From positions 1-33,756 of the forward strand of contig CAYVWW010000001.1 in assembly GCA_964455605.1 (NCBI GenBank): a stretch of 33,756 nt of DNA, given 5' to 3'. Under the pieces are notes generated by a model. It had not been told where the DNA came from, made no database searches, and saw only the letters and a list, made by a program, of their open reading frames with translations. This document shows, piece after piece, positions 15,036 to 25,717 of the stretch. The translations under genes and the position numbers were made by a program. Source of the DNA: an uncultured Actinomycetota bacterium. GTDB taxonomy: Bacteria; Actinomycetota; Humimicrobiia; Humimicrobiales; Humimicrobiaceae. Each line of letters begins with the position of its first letter. Positions within the stretch are counted from its first letter, which is position 1.

Positions 15036-15980
15036 TCAAAAATCAACAAGGGTGTAAATAATACCATCCAGAATATCTCTCTCGCTTACATGAATATACC
15101 CGGCACCCATCATTCTAAGAACATCTATTACGATTGCGGTCCCTCCAATAATTACGTCCGCCCTTCCAGGGTCTATTCCCACAACCTTCTTTCTGTCCTC
15201 AAGGTTCAGTCCGCAAAGATAATCGTATATTTCCTCAATTTTTTTTAAGTCCAGTATATGCCCGTGTATCCTTTTACTATCGTATCTATCTAACCTTAAA
15301 TCGATAGCTGCAATAGTGCTTATTGTCCCACCGACTCCCATAAAGTACCCGGCGCCCAAACCCTTTATTTCCCTGATGGTATCCATTAATACTCTGCTTA
15401 TATAATTGCGCATCTCATTTAATTTCCCGCTACCAGGAATATCCGAATCCAAATACCTTTCGCTAATGTTCACACATCCTATATCGACACTCCTTATAAA
15501 ATCAATCTTAAGGCTCTTTTCCCCCAGTATGAATTCGCTGCTCCCGCCACCGACATCCAGGACCATTATTTTCGCAGAATCAGCTGTAGCAGATCCGTGG
15601 CTGTCCATTTCTAAATCCCTCACTGCACCGTAAAAGCTCAGGTGGGCTTCTTCTTTTCCGCCTACAATATCGACCTTCATTCCCAGAATTTTCTCTGCAG
15701 AAGCTATAAAATCCCCACTATTTTCCGCATCCCTCAATGCACTTGTTCCTATAGCCCTGTACTTCCTTACATTATATTCCCTGATTAATTCTTTATATGT
15801 TCTGAGGGCATCAAGAGTTTTAGAAGCCGAATTCCCGGAAATAACGTTATTTTCCCTAAGGCCGGACCCCAGGCGGGTAATTATCATCTTTCTCTTAAGA
15901 ATGGAAAAATTATTTTGGTAATAATCACTTATGAGTAACCTGGTGGAGTTGGTTCCTATATCAATAGCTGCTAGTTTCAT
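15036..15980 (-). CDS. ppx: Exopolyphosphatase / guanosine pentaphosphate phosphohydrolase (Ppx/GppA family, short two-domain form)
   Basis: AAIDIGTNSTRLL, DVGGGSSEF and VGGTISTIA are ASKHA phosphate-binding motifs. 314 aa. Confidence 0.9.
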   Translation of the reverse strand: MKLAAIDIGTNSTRLLISDYYQNNFSILKRKMIITRLGSGLRENNVISGNSASKTLDALRTYKELIREYNVRKYRAIGTSALRDAENSGDFIASAEKILGMKVDIVGGKEEAHLSFYGAVRDLEMDSHGSATADSAKIMVLDVGGGSSEFILGEKSLKIDFIRSVDIGCVNISERYLDSDIPGSGKLNEMRNYISRVLMDTIREIKGLGAGYFMGVGGTISTIAAIDLRLDRYDSKRIHGHILDLKKIEEIYDYLCGLNLEDRKKVVGIDPGRADVIIGGTAIVIDVLRMMGAGYIHVSERDILDGIIYTLVDF

Positions 15981-16037
15981 TTATTATAATAGTATATAAC
16001 TGTTTACTTAATCTGCTGCCTGTGCCCCGGCACATGC

Positions 16038-16463
16038 CTACTCATTTTCTATATCGTTATAATAGAAAATCCTCATATTCTCCCACAGGTCATAATCCTG
16101 ATATTCACCATTATATGAATCACCGCTACTTTCAGAATCCCTTCCCTGCTCATCATCCTCTATGACTACAGACACGTTAGTTCCCTCGCCGGTTGTCATA
16201 TTAAATTGCTTTCTTGCTTCAAGTTCTATGGCTTCCTCTCCATATAAACTTTTTTCCAGTGCCAGAAGCCCGATATTCTCATTCCTGTACCAGTTAAGTC
16301 TATCTTTTAGCTCTACCAGCTCTTCCCTTCTTTCGACAATCTCCTTTATCTGGTTTATCGATGTTAGAGCTACAACCGCTATAAAAACCAGGAATACCGC
16401 AATTGAAATATTTATTTTTACTTTTCTGGAAAACCTGCTAACTATTTTAACATTGTTACCCAT
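16038..16463 (-). CDS. Septum formation initiator (FtsB/DivIC-like) with an acidic C-terminal tail
   Basis: N-terminal TM anchor, then a coiled coil (EELVELKDRLNWYRNENIGLLALEKSL..EAIELEARKQFNM). Confidence 0.7.
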   Translation of the reverse strand: MGNNVKIVSRFSRKVKINISIAVFLVFIAVVALTSINQIKEIVERREELVELKDRLNWYRNENIGLLALEKSLYGEEAIELEARKQFNMTTGEGTNVSVVIEDDEQGRDSESSGDSYNGEYQDYDLWENMRIFYYNDIENE

Positions 16464-16706
16464 ATTATTTACTATTTTTTATTGCTTTAATCATTTCTGC
16501 CATATGCTCTATATTTACACTTCACCCTTAACCCTGCTTAATTAAACCAAGTATAGCATATGTTATAATAATACCAACCCTTATGAATTCTGGTTATATT
16601 TTATGAATTAAACCAGAAAAAATAAAGATGTTGTCTTTAAAGAGTAATTTTATTAAAATATCAAGCTATATATTTATATTATTCTGTAATTCAATTTTAA
16701 AATACA

Positions 16707-18053
16707 ATGAAAGATATACCTTTATTCTCCTCCAGGACGCAAAACAAGATTGCGCAACAGGTACTTCTGGGATTCTTAACAGCCATAATACTCGGATCGC
16801 TTATCCTTTTAATTCCGCAGATGACACAAAAGGGAGAAATCAGATATATTGATGCTCTTTTTACTTCGACTTCGGCTATCTGCGTTACAGGGCTTATAGT
16901 GCAGGATACGCCGACATTCTTTACAGACCTGGGAAAAATTATAATCCTGATAATGATACAGATAGGCGGATTGGGCATTATGACTGTCGGTTCTATTTTC
17001 GGATTGATCCTGGGCAGGAAAATACATATCAAGGATAAATTTTATATCAATACCAGCTTTGGTTCAAAGCAGAACTTTAGCGCAGCCAAATTTTTTATGG
17101 TAATAGCTGGGACCACCTTTACGATAGAGTTTATTGGATTTTTAATAATGACTGCTATTTTCCATTTTAAGCACCTGTACACATTTAAAACATCTATGAC
17201 TTTTAGCTTATTCCACACGATAAGCGCTTTTAATAATGCGGGTTTTTCCCTTTATTCCAACAGTCTTGAAAGTTTTAGCGGTGACATACCGCTTAACCTG
17301 ATATTTATTATACTAATCATACTTGGAGGAATAGGCTTCCCCGTAATTTCAGAGATAATTACCTTCAGGAGAATAAGACGTTTGTCTCTCAGCACAAAGG
17401 TTGTTTTCATAGTAACCGGTTCCCTTATACTAACCGGGGCAATAATATTTTTTCTTCTTGAATTTGACAATGCTGAATCAATTTCGGGCATGCCATTATC
17501 TACAAGGATTGCCGCCAGTTTCTTCCAGTCAATAACAGCAAGAACAGCCGGTTTTAATACCGTAAATATAGGCAAACTTAATCCAGCTACCCTGTTCTTT
17601 CTTACTATCCTTATGTTTATTGGCGCTTCACCAGGCGGAACAGGTGGCGGTATTAAAACAACTACTTTTGCTACAGTAGCTGCAGCCGGCATGAGTTCTC
17701 TAAGGGGGAGAAATTACGTCCTTTTTTTCAAAAGGAGACTCCCCTCAAGTTTTATATACAGAGCTCTGACGCTTACCCTTGCAGCAATAGTATTAATTAT
17801 AATCTCAACAATCGGGTTGCTTGCATTTGAAGAGTTTTCTTTAAAAGAAGCTTTCTTTGAAGTAGTATCGGCATTTGGTACGGTAGGGCTATCTACTGGC
17901 ATAACACGTGCACTCTCAATACCAAGCAAGATAATATTGATACTGACTATGTTTATTGGTAGAATTGGTATCAGCACCCTGTCTGTGGCTATTGCCATAA
18001 GGAGTGTTATAGACAAAATGACATATCCTGAAGAAACAATAAGTATAGGATAA
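16707..18053 (+). CDS. ktrB: K+ transporter membrane subunit (KtrB/TrkH family)
   Basis: 448 aa and polytopic, with four pore-loop-like motifs (CVTGL, IGGLG, NNAGFS, GASPGGTGGGIK, GTVGLS). Confidence 0.9.
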   Translation: MKDIPLFSSRTQNKIAQQVLLGFLTAIILGSLILLIPQMTQKGEIRYIDALFTSTSAICVTGLIVQDTPTFFTDLGKIIILIMIQIGGLGIMTVGSIFGLILGRKIHIKDKFYINTSFGSKQNFSAAKFFMVIAGTTFTIEFIGFLIMTAIFHFKHLYTFKTSMTFSLFHTISAFNNAGFSLYSNSLESFSGDIPLNLIFIILIILGGIGFPVISEIITFRRIRRLSLSTKVVFIVTGSLILTGAIIFFLLEFDNAESISGMPLSTRIAASFFQSITARTAGFNTVNIGKLNPATLFFLTILMFIGASPGGTGGGIKTTTFATVAAAGMSSLRGRNYVLFFKRRLPSSFIYRALTLTLAAIVLIIISTIGLLAFEEFSLKEAFFEVVSAFGTVGLSTGITRALSIPSKIILILTMFIGRIGISTLSVAIAIRSVIDKMTYPEETISIG

Positions 18054-18057
18054 CAAA

Positions 18058-18720
18058 ATGAAGAAACAATTTTTAGTAATAGGATTGGGAAGATTCGGAG
18101 CAAGTGTTGCAAGTACACTTACCGAGTCAGGACACAGTGTCGTTGGCATTGACCAGTCTGAAGAAAGAATCCAGAGAGTTTCTGAACAGATAGCAGATGT
18201 AATAAAGTGCGACGCCACAGATTCAGATATACTGGAATCTATGGGCATCTCTGACTATGAAGCAGTTATCGTTTGCATAGGTGAAAAGTATATACAGAAT
18301 TCAATACTTGTAACCCTTTTGCTTAAAGAAAAAGGAGCTAAAAAGATAATTGCAAAAGCAGGTACAAGAACACAGGGGCGAGTCCTCTCAAAGGTTGGAG
18401 CAGATATTATAGCTTACCCGGAAAAAGATATGGGAGAGAGAGTTGCCCAGAGTCTTGTAAGCTCAAATATTATTGACTTCTTAAGGGTCAGCCCCGATGT
18501 AAGCATAGTCGAAATACCAACACCGGATTTAATGGTAGGAAAGAATCTGGTAGAACTGAATTTAAGAAAAAAATATGGCGTGACCATAATTAGTTTGAAG
18601 AATAAGAAAAATGAAATAATAGCCCCTCCGGATATTAATTACAAATTCCAGAAAGATGATGTCCTTACATTAATCGGTGAGAATAAGCTTCTTAAAAAAC
18701 TGAGATTTACGGAAGACTAA
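18058..18720 (+). CDS. ktrA: K+ transporter peripheral NAD/ATP-binding subunit (KtrA/TrkA, RCK domains)
   Basis: VIGLGRFG Rossmann motif and a C-terminal TrkA-C-like segment. 220 aa. Lies 4 nt after ktrB. Confidence 0.9.
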   Translation: MKKQFLVIGLGRFGASVASTLTESGHSVVGIDQSEERIQRVSEQIADVIKCDATDSDILESMGISDYEAVIVCIGEKYIQNSILVTLLLKEKGAKKIIAKAGTRTQGRVLSKVGADIIAYPEKDMGERVAQSLVSSNIIDFLRVSPDVSIVEIPTPDLMVGKNLVELNLRKKYGVTIISLKNKKNEIIAPPDINYKFQKDDVLTLIGENKLLKKLRFTED

Positions 18721-18764
18721 AAAAGTAAAAAACGATTATCCCGGCAGTATTTTTGATTCATTGC

Positions 18765-20228
18765 CTATTTAACTTCTCTGACACTTATAAGATTTGTGCT
18801 ACCCGGCTTGTTTACCAGAACACCTGCTGTAATGACAACCCTATCTCCCGGCTTTATATATTTAAGCTTTTTGGGGGCATTAATAGATTCGTCAATCATT
18901 ATATCAATATTCTTAGCTTTCATGGTCTTAACAGGAATTACACCCCAGCTAATCATAAGCTGCCTTACCACCCAGTCATTTGAGCTTGCCCCTATTATAA
19001 TGCTGCGTGGTCTGTTCTTTGAGACTTGCCTTGCAGTATGGCCGGAGTCGGTAGAAGTAATAATTGCTTTCACATTAAGTATGGTGGCAATTTCAACAGA
19101 TGCAAAACTTATCGCATCTGTAATGGTTTCATGGTAAATTCCTTTTTTCTTTCTCTCAATTGCACTATTTCGTGCCAGCATCTCATAATCCAGGGAAGCT
19201 TCAGTTTTCTTTATTATTTTGGCCATCATTCCAAGAGACTCCATGGGATACTTGCCTATGGCGGTTTCTCCGGAAAGCATAACGGCATCCGAGCCATCTA
19301 TGATAGCATTTGCCACATCACTTACTTCAGCCCTTGTTGGGCGCGGATTTCTTATCATGGAATCAAGCATCTGCGTAGCTGTTATAACTGGCTTACCTGC
19401 CATATTGGCTTTAGTTATAAATTCCTTCTGTAGGTGCGGTATATCCTCGGCATTAATCTCGATACCAAGATCCCCCCTGGCTACCATAATAGCATCTGCC
19501 GATTCCAGAATATCATCAAAGTTGCGGACCGCTTCATGTTTTTCTATTTTAGCTATGACCATTACGTGGCCATTTTTTTTCTTTATCCTCTCCTTAATCT
19601 CTTCCACATCGCGGGAATCCCTTACAAAAGACTGGGCTATAAAATCAACATCAAGCTCCAGGCCCAGGTCTAAGAATTTAATATCTTTTTCAGTAACCGA
19701 GTCTATGCTTATCGTTACGCCTGGTAGATTTATACCTTTATATGACCCAAGCGGACCTCCGGTTACGACTTCGCAAACAGCGAATTTTTTAGCCTTATCA
19801 ACCTTCACCACCCTGCACTCAATTAGGCCATCGTCAATAAAAATGGGTTTGTTTTCCTTAATGTCTTCTATAAACCTACCATAATTAACAGTTATTATAG
19901 TTTCATCATCGGGATAGCCCAAACTACTTATATTCTCAGTGGTAAAAATGACTTTTTGCTTCTTTAAAAGGTCAATTTTATACCCCAGCTTGCCGATCCT
20001 TATCTTCGGTCCCTGCAGGTCCAGCATTATAGCTGTAGTTTTACCATACTTTTTAGAAATCTTCCTTATCTTGCCAACAAGCTCGGTAACTTCATCCCGG
20101 TTGCTATGCGAAGTATTTATCCTGGCTATATCCATCCCGCCTTCTATCATCTTTTTTAGAATCAGCTCATCTTTCGTTGCAGGACCGATGGTGCAGATTA
20201 TTTTAGTTTTTCGAATAGCATCTTTCAT
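18765..20228 (-). CDS. pyk: Pyruvate kinase
   Basis: KTKIICTIGPAT and IMVARGDLGIEI. 487 aa. Confidence 0.95.
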   Translation of the reverse strand: MKDAIRKTKIICTIGPATKDELILKKMIEGGMDIARINTSHSNRDEVTELVGKIRKISKKYGKTTAIMLDLQGPKIRIGKLGYKIDLLKKQKVIFTTENISSLGYPDDETIITVNYGRFIEDIKENKPIFIDDGLIECRVVKVDKAKKFAVCEVVTGGPLGSYKGINLPGVTISIDSVTEKDIKFLDLGLELDVDFIAQSFVRDSRDVEEIKERIKKKNGHVMVIAKIEKHEAVRNFDDILESADAIMVARGDLGIEINAEDIPHLQKEFITKANMAGKPVITATQMLDSMIRNPRPTRAEVSDVANAIIDGSDAVMLSGETAIGKYPMESLGMMAKIIKKTEASLDYEMLARNSAIERKKKGIYHETITDAISFASVEIATILNVKAIITSTDSGHTARQVSKNRPRSIIIGASSNDWVVRQLMISWGVIPVKTMKAKNIDIMIDESINAPKKLKYIKPGDRVVITAGVLVNKPGSTNLISVREVK

Positions 20229-20237
20229 TACATTTTT

Positions 20238-21077
20238 TTACGAAAGTTTATTCTTTGCAATTTTCCAGAGTTTATCTTTTTCTTTCAGCGGTAGCTTCTT
20301 AAAATCCATGTTATTTTCTTCCGCATACTTTTCCATAAAATCAAACCTTTTTATGAACTTCTTACTTGACTCGCGCAGGCTTTCCTCGCAATCCACACCG
20401 GCATGCCTCGCAAAATTTACTATGGTAAAAAGGATATCCCCAATTTCTTCAGAAATATATCCTTCGCTTTTTTTACTTAACTCTTTTTTTAACTCTGCAA
20501 GTTCCTCTTCAATCTTATCAAACACACCAGCTCTATCATCCCAGTCAAAACTCAATCTTGAAGCCCTGTTCTGTATTTCATAAGCTAAATGTAAAGAAGG
20601 AAGCGATTTTGGAATACCGCTGAATATGGAATCGGACTTTTGGGCTTCTTTCTTTCTTTCCTTTTTTTTAATCTCTTCCCAGTTTTCCAATATCTCCCTG
20701 CTATCTTTTACTACAGCTTCCCCGAAAACATGAGGGTGCCTTCTTACAAGCTTACTTATAATTCCACGTAAAACTTCCTTTATATCGAATATATTACTTT
20801 CAGCTGCAATCTGGCTATGGAAGACAACCTGGAGAAGCAAATCGCCCAGCTCCTCCTTAAGGGCAGTAAAATCCTCATCCTCTATGCTCTCAACCGCCTC
20901 ATATGTTTCTTCTATCAGATTTTTTTTGATGGTTTTATGATTTTGCTCCCTGTCCCACATGCAACCACCAGGAGACCTGAGTTTTATCATTACATTCAAA
21001 AGAATATTAAAAAGCTTGCTGCTATCATCTATCTTATCTATATTCCTGATATCTTCTTTATCTAATCGGAATTCCAT
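20238..21077 (-). CDS. mazG: Nucleoside triphosphate pyrophosphohydrolase MazG
   Basis: CMWDREQNHKTIKKNLIEETYEAVESI plus a second EEL.ELK..L repeat domain. TAATG overlap with the upstream gene. Confidence 0.9.
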   Translation of the reverse strand: MEFRLDKEDIRNIDKIDDSSKLFNILLNVMIKLRSPGGCMWDREQNHKTIKKNLIEETYEAVESIEDEDFTALKEELGDLLLQVVFHSQIAAESNIFDIKEVLRGIISKLVRRHPHVFGEAVVKDSREILENWEEIKKKERKKEAQKSDSIFSGIPKSLPSLHLAYEIQNRASRLSFDWDDRAGVFDKIEEELAELKKELSKKSEGYISEEIGDILFTIVNFARHAGVDCEESLRESSKKFIKRFDFMEKYAEENNMDFKKLPLKEKDKLWKIAKNKLS

Positions 21078-22090
21078 TATTCCTCTTCCCCGCCAATATC
21101 GACAAGATTGCCCTTTATATCTCCCGTGTACCCTATATCGGCCTTATCCACCAGAGACAAGATAAATCCTTCCCATTCAGCCATTTTAGATGAACTTAAA
21201 AGAAATGCTCTTATCGATTCACTAACATCTTCGAATTCCTGTATATATTCCTCTTTACAGTCGTAGACCTTTATAATATGAAACCCGAATTCCGTTTCTA
21301 CTATTCCGCTTACTTCACCTTTTTCAAGAGAAAACAGCGCTTCCTCAAATTCTTCAACCATCTGCCCCCTGGACACATAACCGAGATTCCCACCATTCTG
21401 GGCAGTGCCAGTATCATCGGAATACTGTTTTGCAAGTTCCTCAAAGTCCTCGCCCTCTTCTAATTTTAGCTCTATCATCTCTATTTTTTCCCTCGCTTCC
21501 GTTCTCCCTTCTTCGCTTTCACTTTCCACGGAGTCCGCGACCTTCCATGGGAAAATAGCCAGGATATGAGCGGCTTCGACACTTTCAGGAACTAAAAAAT
21601 CAGTGTCTTTGTTATCCTGATAATACTTTTCTACATCATCATCTGATACTTCGACATCTGCTATAACTTCATCGTAAACTTTTTTGATCATTAAATTGCT
21701 TTTAACTTGATATTCAAGGAACTCCCTATCTATTCCTTTTTCTTTCAGACCTTCCTCAAATTCTTTCTCCGATCCAAAACTTTCAATCTCTTGCTGAATA
21801 AGTCCATCAACTTCTCCATCGGTTACGGCTATATTGTTTTCACTGGCATATTTTTCAATCAGCTTTATAACTATATATGAATCAATCGCATTAGCTTCCA
21901 GTTCTTTCAATTGCTCTTCGCTGGAATATGATTCCCCGTTTTCGTCCAGACTTTTTAAAAGATTGACATAACTATCGATCTCTTTCTGATTTATCTCGAT
22001 CCCATCAACAGTAGCCACAGTTTTATTGCAGCCCACAAAAAGCAGAACCACTAAAAATAATATAAAAATAAATACAACGCTGCGCTTCAA
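21077..22090 (-). CDS. PrsA/SurA-like peptidyl-prolyl isomerase lipoprotein (parvulin domain)
   Basis: Lipobox LLFVGC and parvulin core AAHILA..FGFHIIKV. TTG start with a GAAGGAAGG RBS. Confidence 0.85.
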   Translation of the reverse strand: MKRSVVFIFILFLVVLLFVGCNKTVATVDGIEINQKEIDSYVNLLKSLDENGESYSSEEQLKELEANAIDSYIVIKLIEKYASENNIAVTDGEVDGLIQQEIESFGSEKEFEEGLKEKGIDREFLEYQVKSNLMIKKVYDEVIADVEVSDDDVEKYYQDNKDTDFLVPESVEAAHILAIFPWKVADSVESESEEGRTEAREKIEMIELKLEEGEDFEELAKQYSDDTGTAQNGGNLGYVSRGQMVEEFEEALFSLEKGEVSGIVETEFGFHIIKVYDCKEEYIQEFEDVSESIRAFLLSSSKMAEWEGFILSLVDKADIGYTGDIKGNLVDIGGEEE

Positions 22091-22127
22091 GCTTGACCTT
22101 CCTTCTATAAATAATATTTAATAGTTA

Positions 22128-25100
22128 TTACATAAAGCATATTATATCATTAAGATTATTCAAGACTAAATCAAAATTAATATTTTTATCAATTTTTTTC
22201 ATTATCACTGTTTTATTGGCAGGTTCATATAATAAATTACTGTTTTTAACACTCATTTCCCTTGCCCTGCCTGTGTCCATATTTATTCTCTTTAAATAAA
22301 TACCCTTATTTTCATGAAATGTAATCTTTTCTATCCCTGATTTCTTCATCAGATACTTTATTTTTGAAATATTTAAAAGATTATCAACAACCGGTGGCAT
22401 ATCCTTATGCCTATCAACCAGCTCCTTTTTGATTTTATCTATCTCATCAAGGCCATCTGCATTCCCCAGGATCCTGTAAATATTCATCCTTTCATTTTCA
22501 TTTCCAATATAGCTACCCGGTATATATGCACTAACCGGAAGCTCAATCTGTACATCTATGTCCTCCTCTACTTCCCTGCCTTTTAGCTTGTCCACCTCTT
22601 CCCTTATTATCTGGCAGAACATATCGAACCCTACACTGTTTATATGGCCATGCTGCCTCGCCCCAAGTATTTCGCCTGCACCCCTTATCTCAAGGTCCCT
22701 CATCGCAATATTATATCCAGAGCCAAGTTCGGTATACTCGGACATAGTTTTAAGTCTCTGGAATGCCTGTAAATTCATGCTCCTTCTCCCAGGATAGAAA
22801 AAATACGCATACGCTATCTCGGATGACCTGCCCACTCTACCTCTTAACTGGTACAGCTGCGAAAGACCAAAAAGATGGGAGTTTTCAACAATAAGCGTAT
22901 TTACATTCTCGATATCCATTCCAGACTCTATTATAGATGTAGTAAGCAATATGTCATATTTTTTATCTATAAAATCCCTCATCAACCTCTCTATCCTGCT
23001 GCCTTCCATCTGTCCATGAGTCAGCGCGATTTTGGCCCGTGGGAGAATCTGCTTAAGCTGGGTTCTTTTATTTTCTATACCGGATATCCTGTTATATACA
23101 TAATATACCTGTCCTCCCCTGGCAAGTTCCCTCTCAAGAGCTATTTTTATAACCCTGTAGTCAATTTCCCCTACAAAAGTATTCACCGGGCTCCTTCCTT
23201 CAGGATATGTTTCTATAAGGACCATATCCCTTATTCCGGTTAGCGACATATATAAAGTTCTCGGAATGGGAGTTGCGCTTAAAGTCAGTACATCTACTTC
23301 TTTTTTCAATAGTTTTATCTTTTCCTTGCTGTTAACCCCGAACCTCTGCTCCTCATCTATTATTATCAGGCCAAGGTCTGCCGGCTTTAAATCCTCCTGC
23401 AAAATACGGTGTGTCCCGATTATCATATCTATTTTACCTTCGCTGAAATCTTTTATTATCTTTTTTTGTTCCCTTTTTGTTCTGAACCTGCTTAAGACTT
23501 CCAGGATGACTGGATAATTTTTATATCTCTGGCTGAAATTGTAATAATGCTGGTCAGCAAGTATCGTAGTCGGGACAAGCAACAGCACCTGCTTGCCATT
23601 CTCTATAGCTTTAAAAGCTGCTCTTATAGCCACTTCCGTCTTGCCAAATCCCACATCCCCGACTATCAGGATATCCATTGGCTCCGGTCTTCCCATAGCA
23701 TCTTTAACATGATTAATCGCCTTAACCTGGTCAGGAGTTTCCCTGAAAGGGAACGAATTTTCTATTTCCCTCTGCCAGGGGCTATCTTCAGGAAACGCAT
23801 ACCCGCTGGCGGATTTTCTCTCCGCATATAAATTAGCGAGATCAATGGCAAGTTTTTGGACAGACTTCCTTACCCTCTTTTTAATACCTTCCCATTGCCT
23901 TGAAGTAAGCGAGGTTATTGCAGGCTCTACCGAACCGATATATCTGCTAACGCGGTCTGCCTGCCACGTGGGGACATACAATTTATCATTTCCTGCATAC
24001 TCTATCAGAAAATATTCCCTCTTGAATCCCCCTATCTGCTTTGAGACAATATCAATATACTTTCCGATCCCATGCGTCTTATGAACTACATATTCTCCCT
24101 GTTTAAAATATTCATGTTCTTTGCTGCCGAGAGTTCCTTTGCCCCGGGCCTGTTGCATTTGCTCATAAATATCAAGCTCCCCATATAATGATATTTCTCT
24201 GGAGCGGAAACCTCTACACAGGCAATTTTCAGATATATTTACAACTCCCGGCTCAAGTAAATCATGTCTAGGGACCTTTCCGATTTTAAAATGATTGTAG
24301 GAAACAGCATTATTCAAAAGAAGTTCCTCTATTTTTTTAACTCTCTCCTCTGAACTTACAGATATTATAACTTTTCTTTTACTCTTCAGGTCACTTTTAA
24401 TATTGCCCACAAACTCCATAGAGCTTCCATAATTCTTTTTCTGCCTTTGCACCCACCCTATGCTAAACTTATCCCTACCAGAATCATTTCTTCCCCCGGA
24501 TATTAAATTCAACTTCTTTGAAAAAACTCCTTTATCAAGAAAGTCTTCATTTGTAAGATAAAAATCTTCGAGGACTTTTTTTTCATTTACAAGGATGTCT
24601 TTATCCCTTTCAAAAATTTTTTTAAGAATATCCAGATCACTTTTTATTTTTAAGTAAATTTCTTCCGGGTCGCATAATATAACAGAAAAATTCGGGAATT
24701 CTTGTCTCAATAAATCTACAAGCGACAAATTTCTTCCGGAAGGTTTTCGACCGCCACTACCCTCTATTTCCCAGAGGTTTGAAAACGGGAATATAGATTT
24801 ACTTTTTAAATCCTTTAAAGGTTCCTGATTTGCAACATCATAAAAAAACATTTTTTCAACTTCATCACCGATGAAGTCAACCCTAACGGAATAGTCACAG
24901 GTCACATCAAATATGTCTACAATTCCACCTCTTACGCTGTACTCCCCACGGTCATAAACCTTATCCACTCTTTCGTAACCTATAGATTCAAGCTCAGATA
25001 TTAATTTATCCCTTCCGTACTCAAAACCTGTGGATATCTTTATGCTTTTTTTTATTTCACTAATTTTTGAAGGAGATATTTTGTTCATAAGGGAATTGCT

Positions 25101-25493
25101 TGTAGCTATTATTAGAAATTTTTTATCCTGCCCATCTTCAATCAAACTCCTTACAACCTTCAGTCTCTGCGTAAGATTCCCCGGCGGCGTAACCTTGTTT
25201 TTGTAAAAAATACCATTTCCCATACCTGGAAATCTAAAAACCTCTACTCCGTGAATAATGCAACCTATCTCACGCTCCAATTCGGCGGCACCATCCATCG
25301 TCGGTGTGATTACCAGAAGAGGCTGTTTAAAAAAAATGTAGAAAGCGCTTATTATAAAAGGCCATATATTCTCATCCGCGATTAGCGTCGGAAAGCCAGC
25401 AGCCACATCCCCACTCCTGGCTCTGCTTATCTTCTCGTATTTCTCCAAAAATTCCAGCCACTGCTTATTCTGTGAAAAAAATTCTAAAAACAT
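22128..25493 (-). CDS. mfd: Transcription-repair coupling factor Mfd
   Basis: 1121 aa with GDVGFGKTEVA, DEEQRFG, SATPIPRTL and RGRVGRS. Confidence 0.97.
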   Translation of the reverse strand: MFLEFFSQNKQWLEFLEKYEKISRARSGDVAAGFPTLIADENIWPFIISAFYIFFKQPLLVITPTMDGAAELEREIGCIIHGVEVFRFPGMGNGIFYKNKVTPPGNLTQRLKVVRSLIEDGQDKKFLIIATSNSLMNKISPSKISEIKKSIKISTGFEYGRDKLISELESIGYERVDKVYDRGEYSVRGGIVDIFDVTCDYSVRVDFIGDEVEKMFFYDVANQEPLKDLKSKSIFPFSNLWEIEGSGGRKPSGRNLSLVDLLRQEFPNFSVILCDPEEIYLKIKSDLDILKKIFERDKDILVNEKKVLEDFYLTNEDFLDKGVFSKKLNLISGGRNDSGRDKFSIGWVQRQKKNYGSSMEFVGNIKSDLKSKRKVIISVSSEERVKKIEELLLNNAVSYNHFKIGKVPRHDLLEPGVVNISENCLCRGFRSREISLYGELDIYEQMQQARGKGTLGSKEHEYFKQGEYVVHKTHGIGKYIDIVSKQIGGFKREYFLIEYAGNDKLYVPTWQADRVSRYIGSVEPAITSLTSRQWEGIKKRVRKSVQKLAIDLANLYAERKSASGYAFPEDSPWQREIENSFPFRETPDQVKAINHVKDAMGRPEPMDILIVGDVGFGKTEVAIRAAFKAIENGKQVLLLVPTTILADQHYYNFSQRYKNYPVILEVLSRFRTKREQKKIIKDFSEGKIDMIIGTHRILQEDLKPADLGLIIIDEEQRFGVNSKEKIKLLKKEVDVLTLSATPIPRTLYMSLTGIRDMVLIETYPEGRSPVNTFVGEIDYRVIKIALERELARGGQVYYVYNRISGIENKRTQLKQILPRAKIALTHGQMEGSRIERLMRDFIDKKYDILLTTSIIESGMDIENVNTLIVENSHLFGLSQLYQLRGRVGRSSEIAYAYFFYPGRRSMNLQAFQRLKTMSEYTELGSGYNIAMRDLEIRGAGEILGARQHGHINSVGFDMFCQIIREEVDKLKGREVEEDIDVQIELPVSAYIPGSYIGNENERMNIYRILGNADGLDEIDKIKKELVDRHKDMPPVVDNLLNISKIKYLMKKSGIEKITFHENKGIYLKRINMDTGRAREMSVKNSNLLYEPANKTVIMKKIDKNINFDLVLNNLNDIICFM

Positions 25494-25667
25494 TTTCGCG
25501 CCCTATGTCCAAATCTTAAATTCACTTATACTAATGATTATATAAAAAATAAATAAAATTTATTATTCCATACATGGTTGAATATCTTAAAATTCAGGAC
25601 AATTCTTTTATTAAAAGGTATTATCCTCATTGATTTCCTGCTGAAAAACCTGGGTGGTGGATCTTTA

Positions 25668-25691
25668 AAAACCCCTGCTTTCGAGGGCTTT
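25668..25691 (-). terminator. Weak intrinsic terminator candidate downstream of pth
   Basis: The minus strand reads GCCCUCGAAAGCAGGGGUUUUU, a short CCCU/AGGG stem followed by a U-run, 26 nt after the pth stop. Confidence 0.35.
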
Positions 25692-25717
25692 TATAAAAAA
25701 CGGATATGTGACCTGAA

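Noticed and set aside
16021-16034. GC-rich palindrome TGTGCCCCGGCACA between the ftsB-like stop and the ppx start.
   Set aside because: It gives only a 5-bp stem with a 4-nt loop and has no U tract. It is too small to call a terminator or regulatory element with any confidence.
16464-16706. Possible c-di-AMP (ydaO-type) riboswitch upstream of ktrB-ktrA, as in Bacillus.
   Set aside because: The 243-bp region is almost pure A/T. It lacks the G/C-rich conserved cores (ACGGGGA- and CCCGA-type segments) that I remember for that class. A covariance-model scan would be the decisive test.
19219-19884. Long plus-strand ORFs (for example 19219-19884, 19939-20583, 19026-19433) inside the pyk and mazG region, and similar antisense ORFs throughout the track.
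   Set aside because: They lie antisense to genes with unambiguous family motifs. Their translations are low-complexity Ser/Leu/Ile/Phe-rich shadows typical of AT-rich genomes, and none shows a recognisable motif or RBS.
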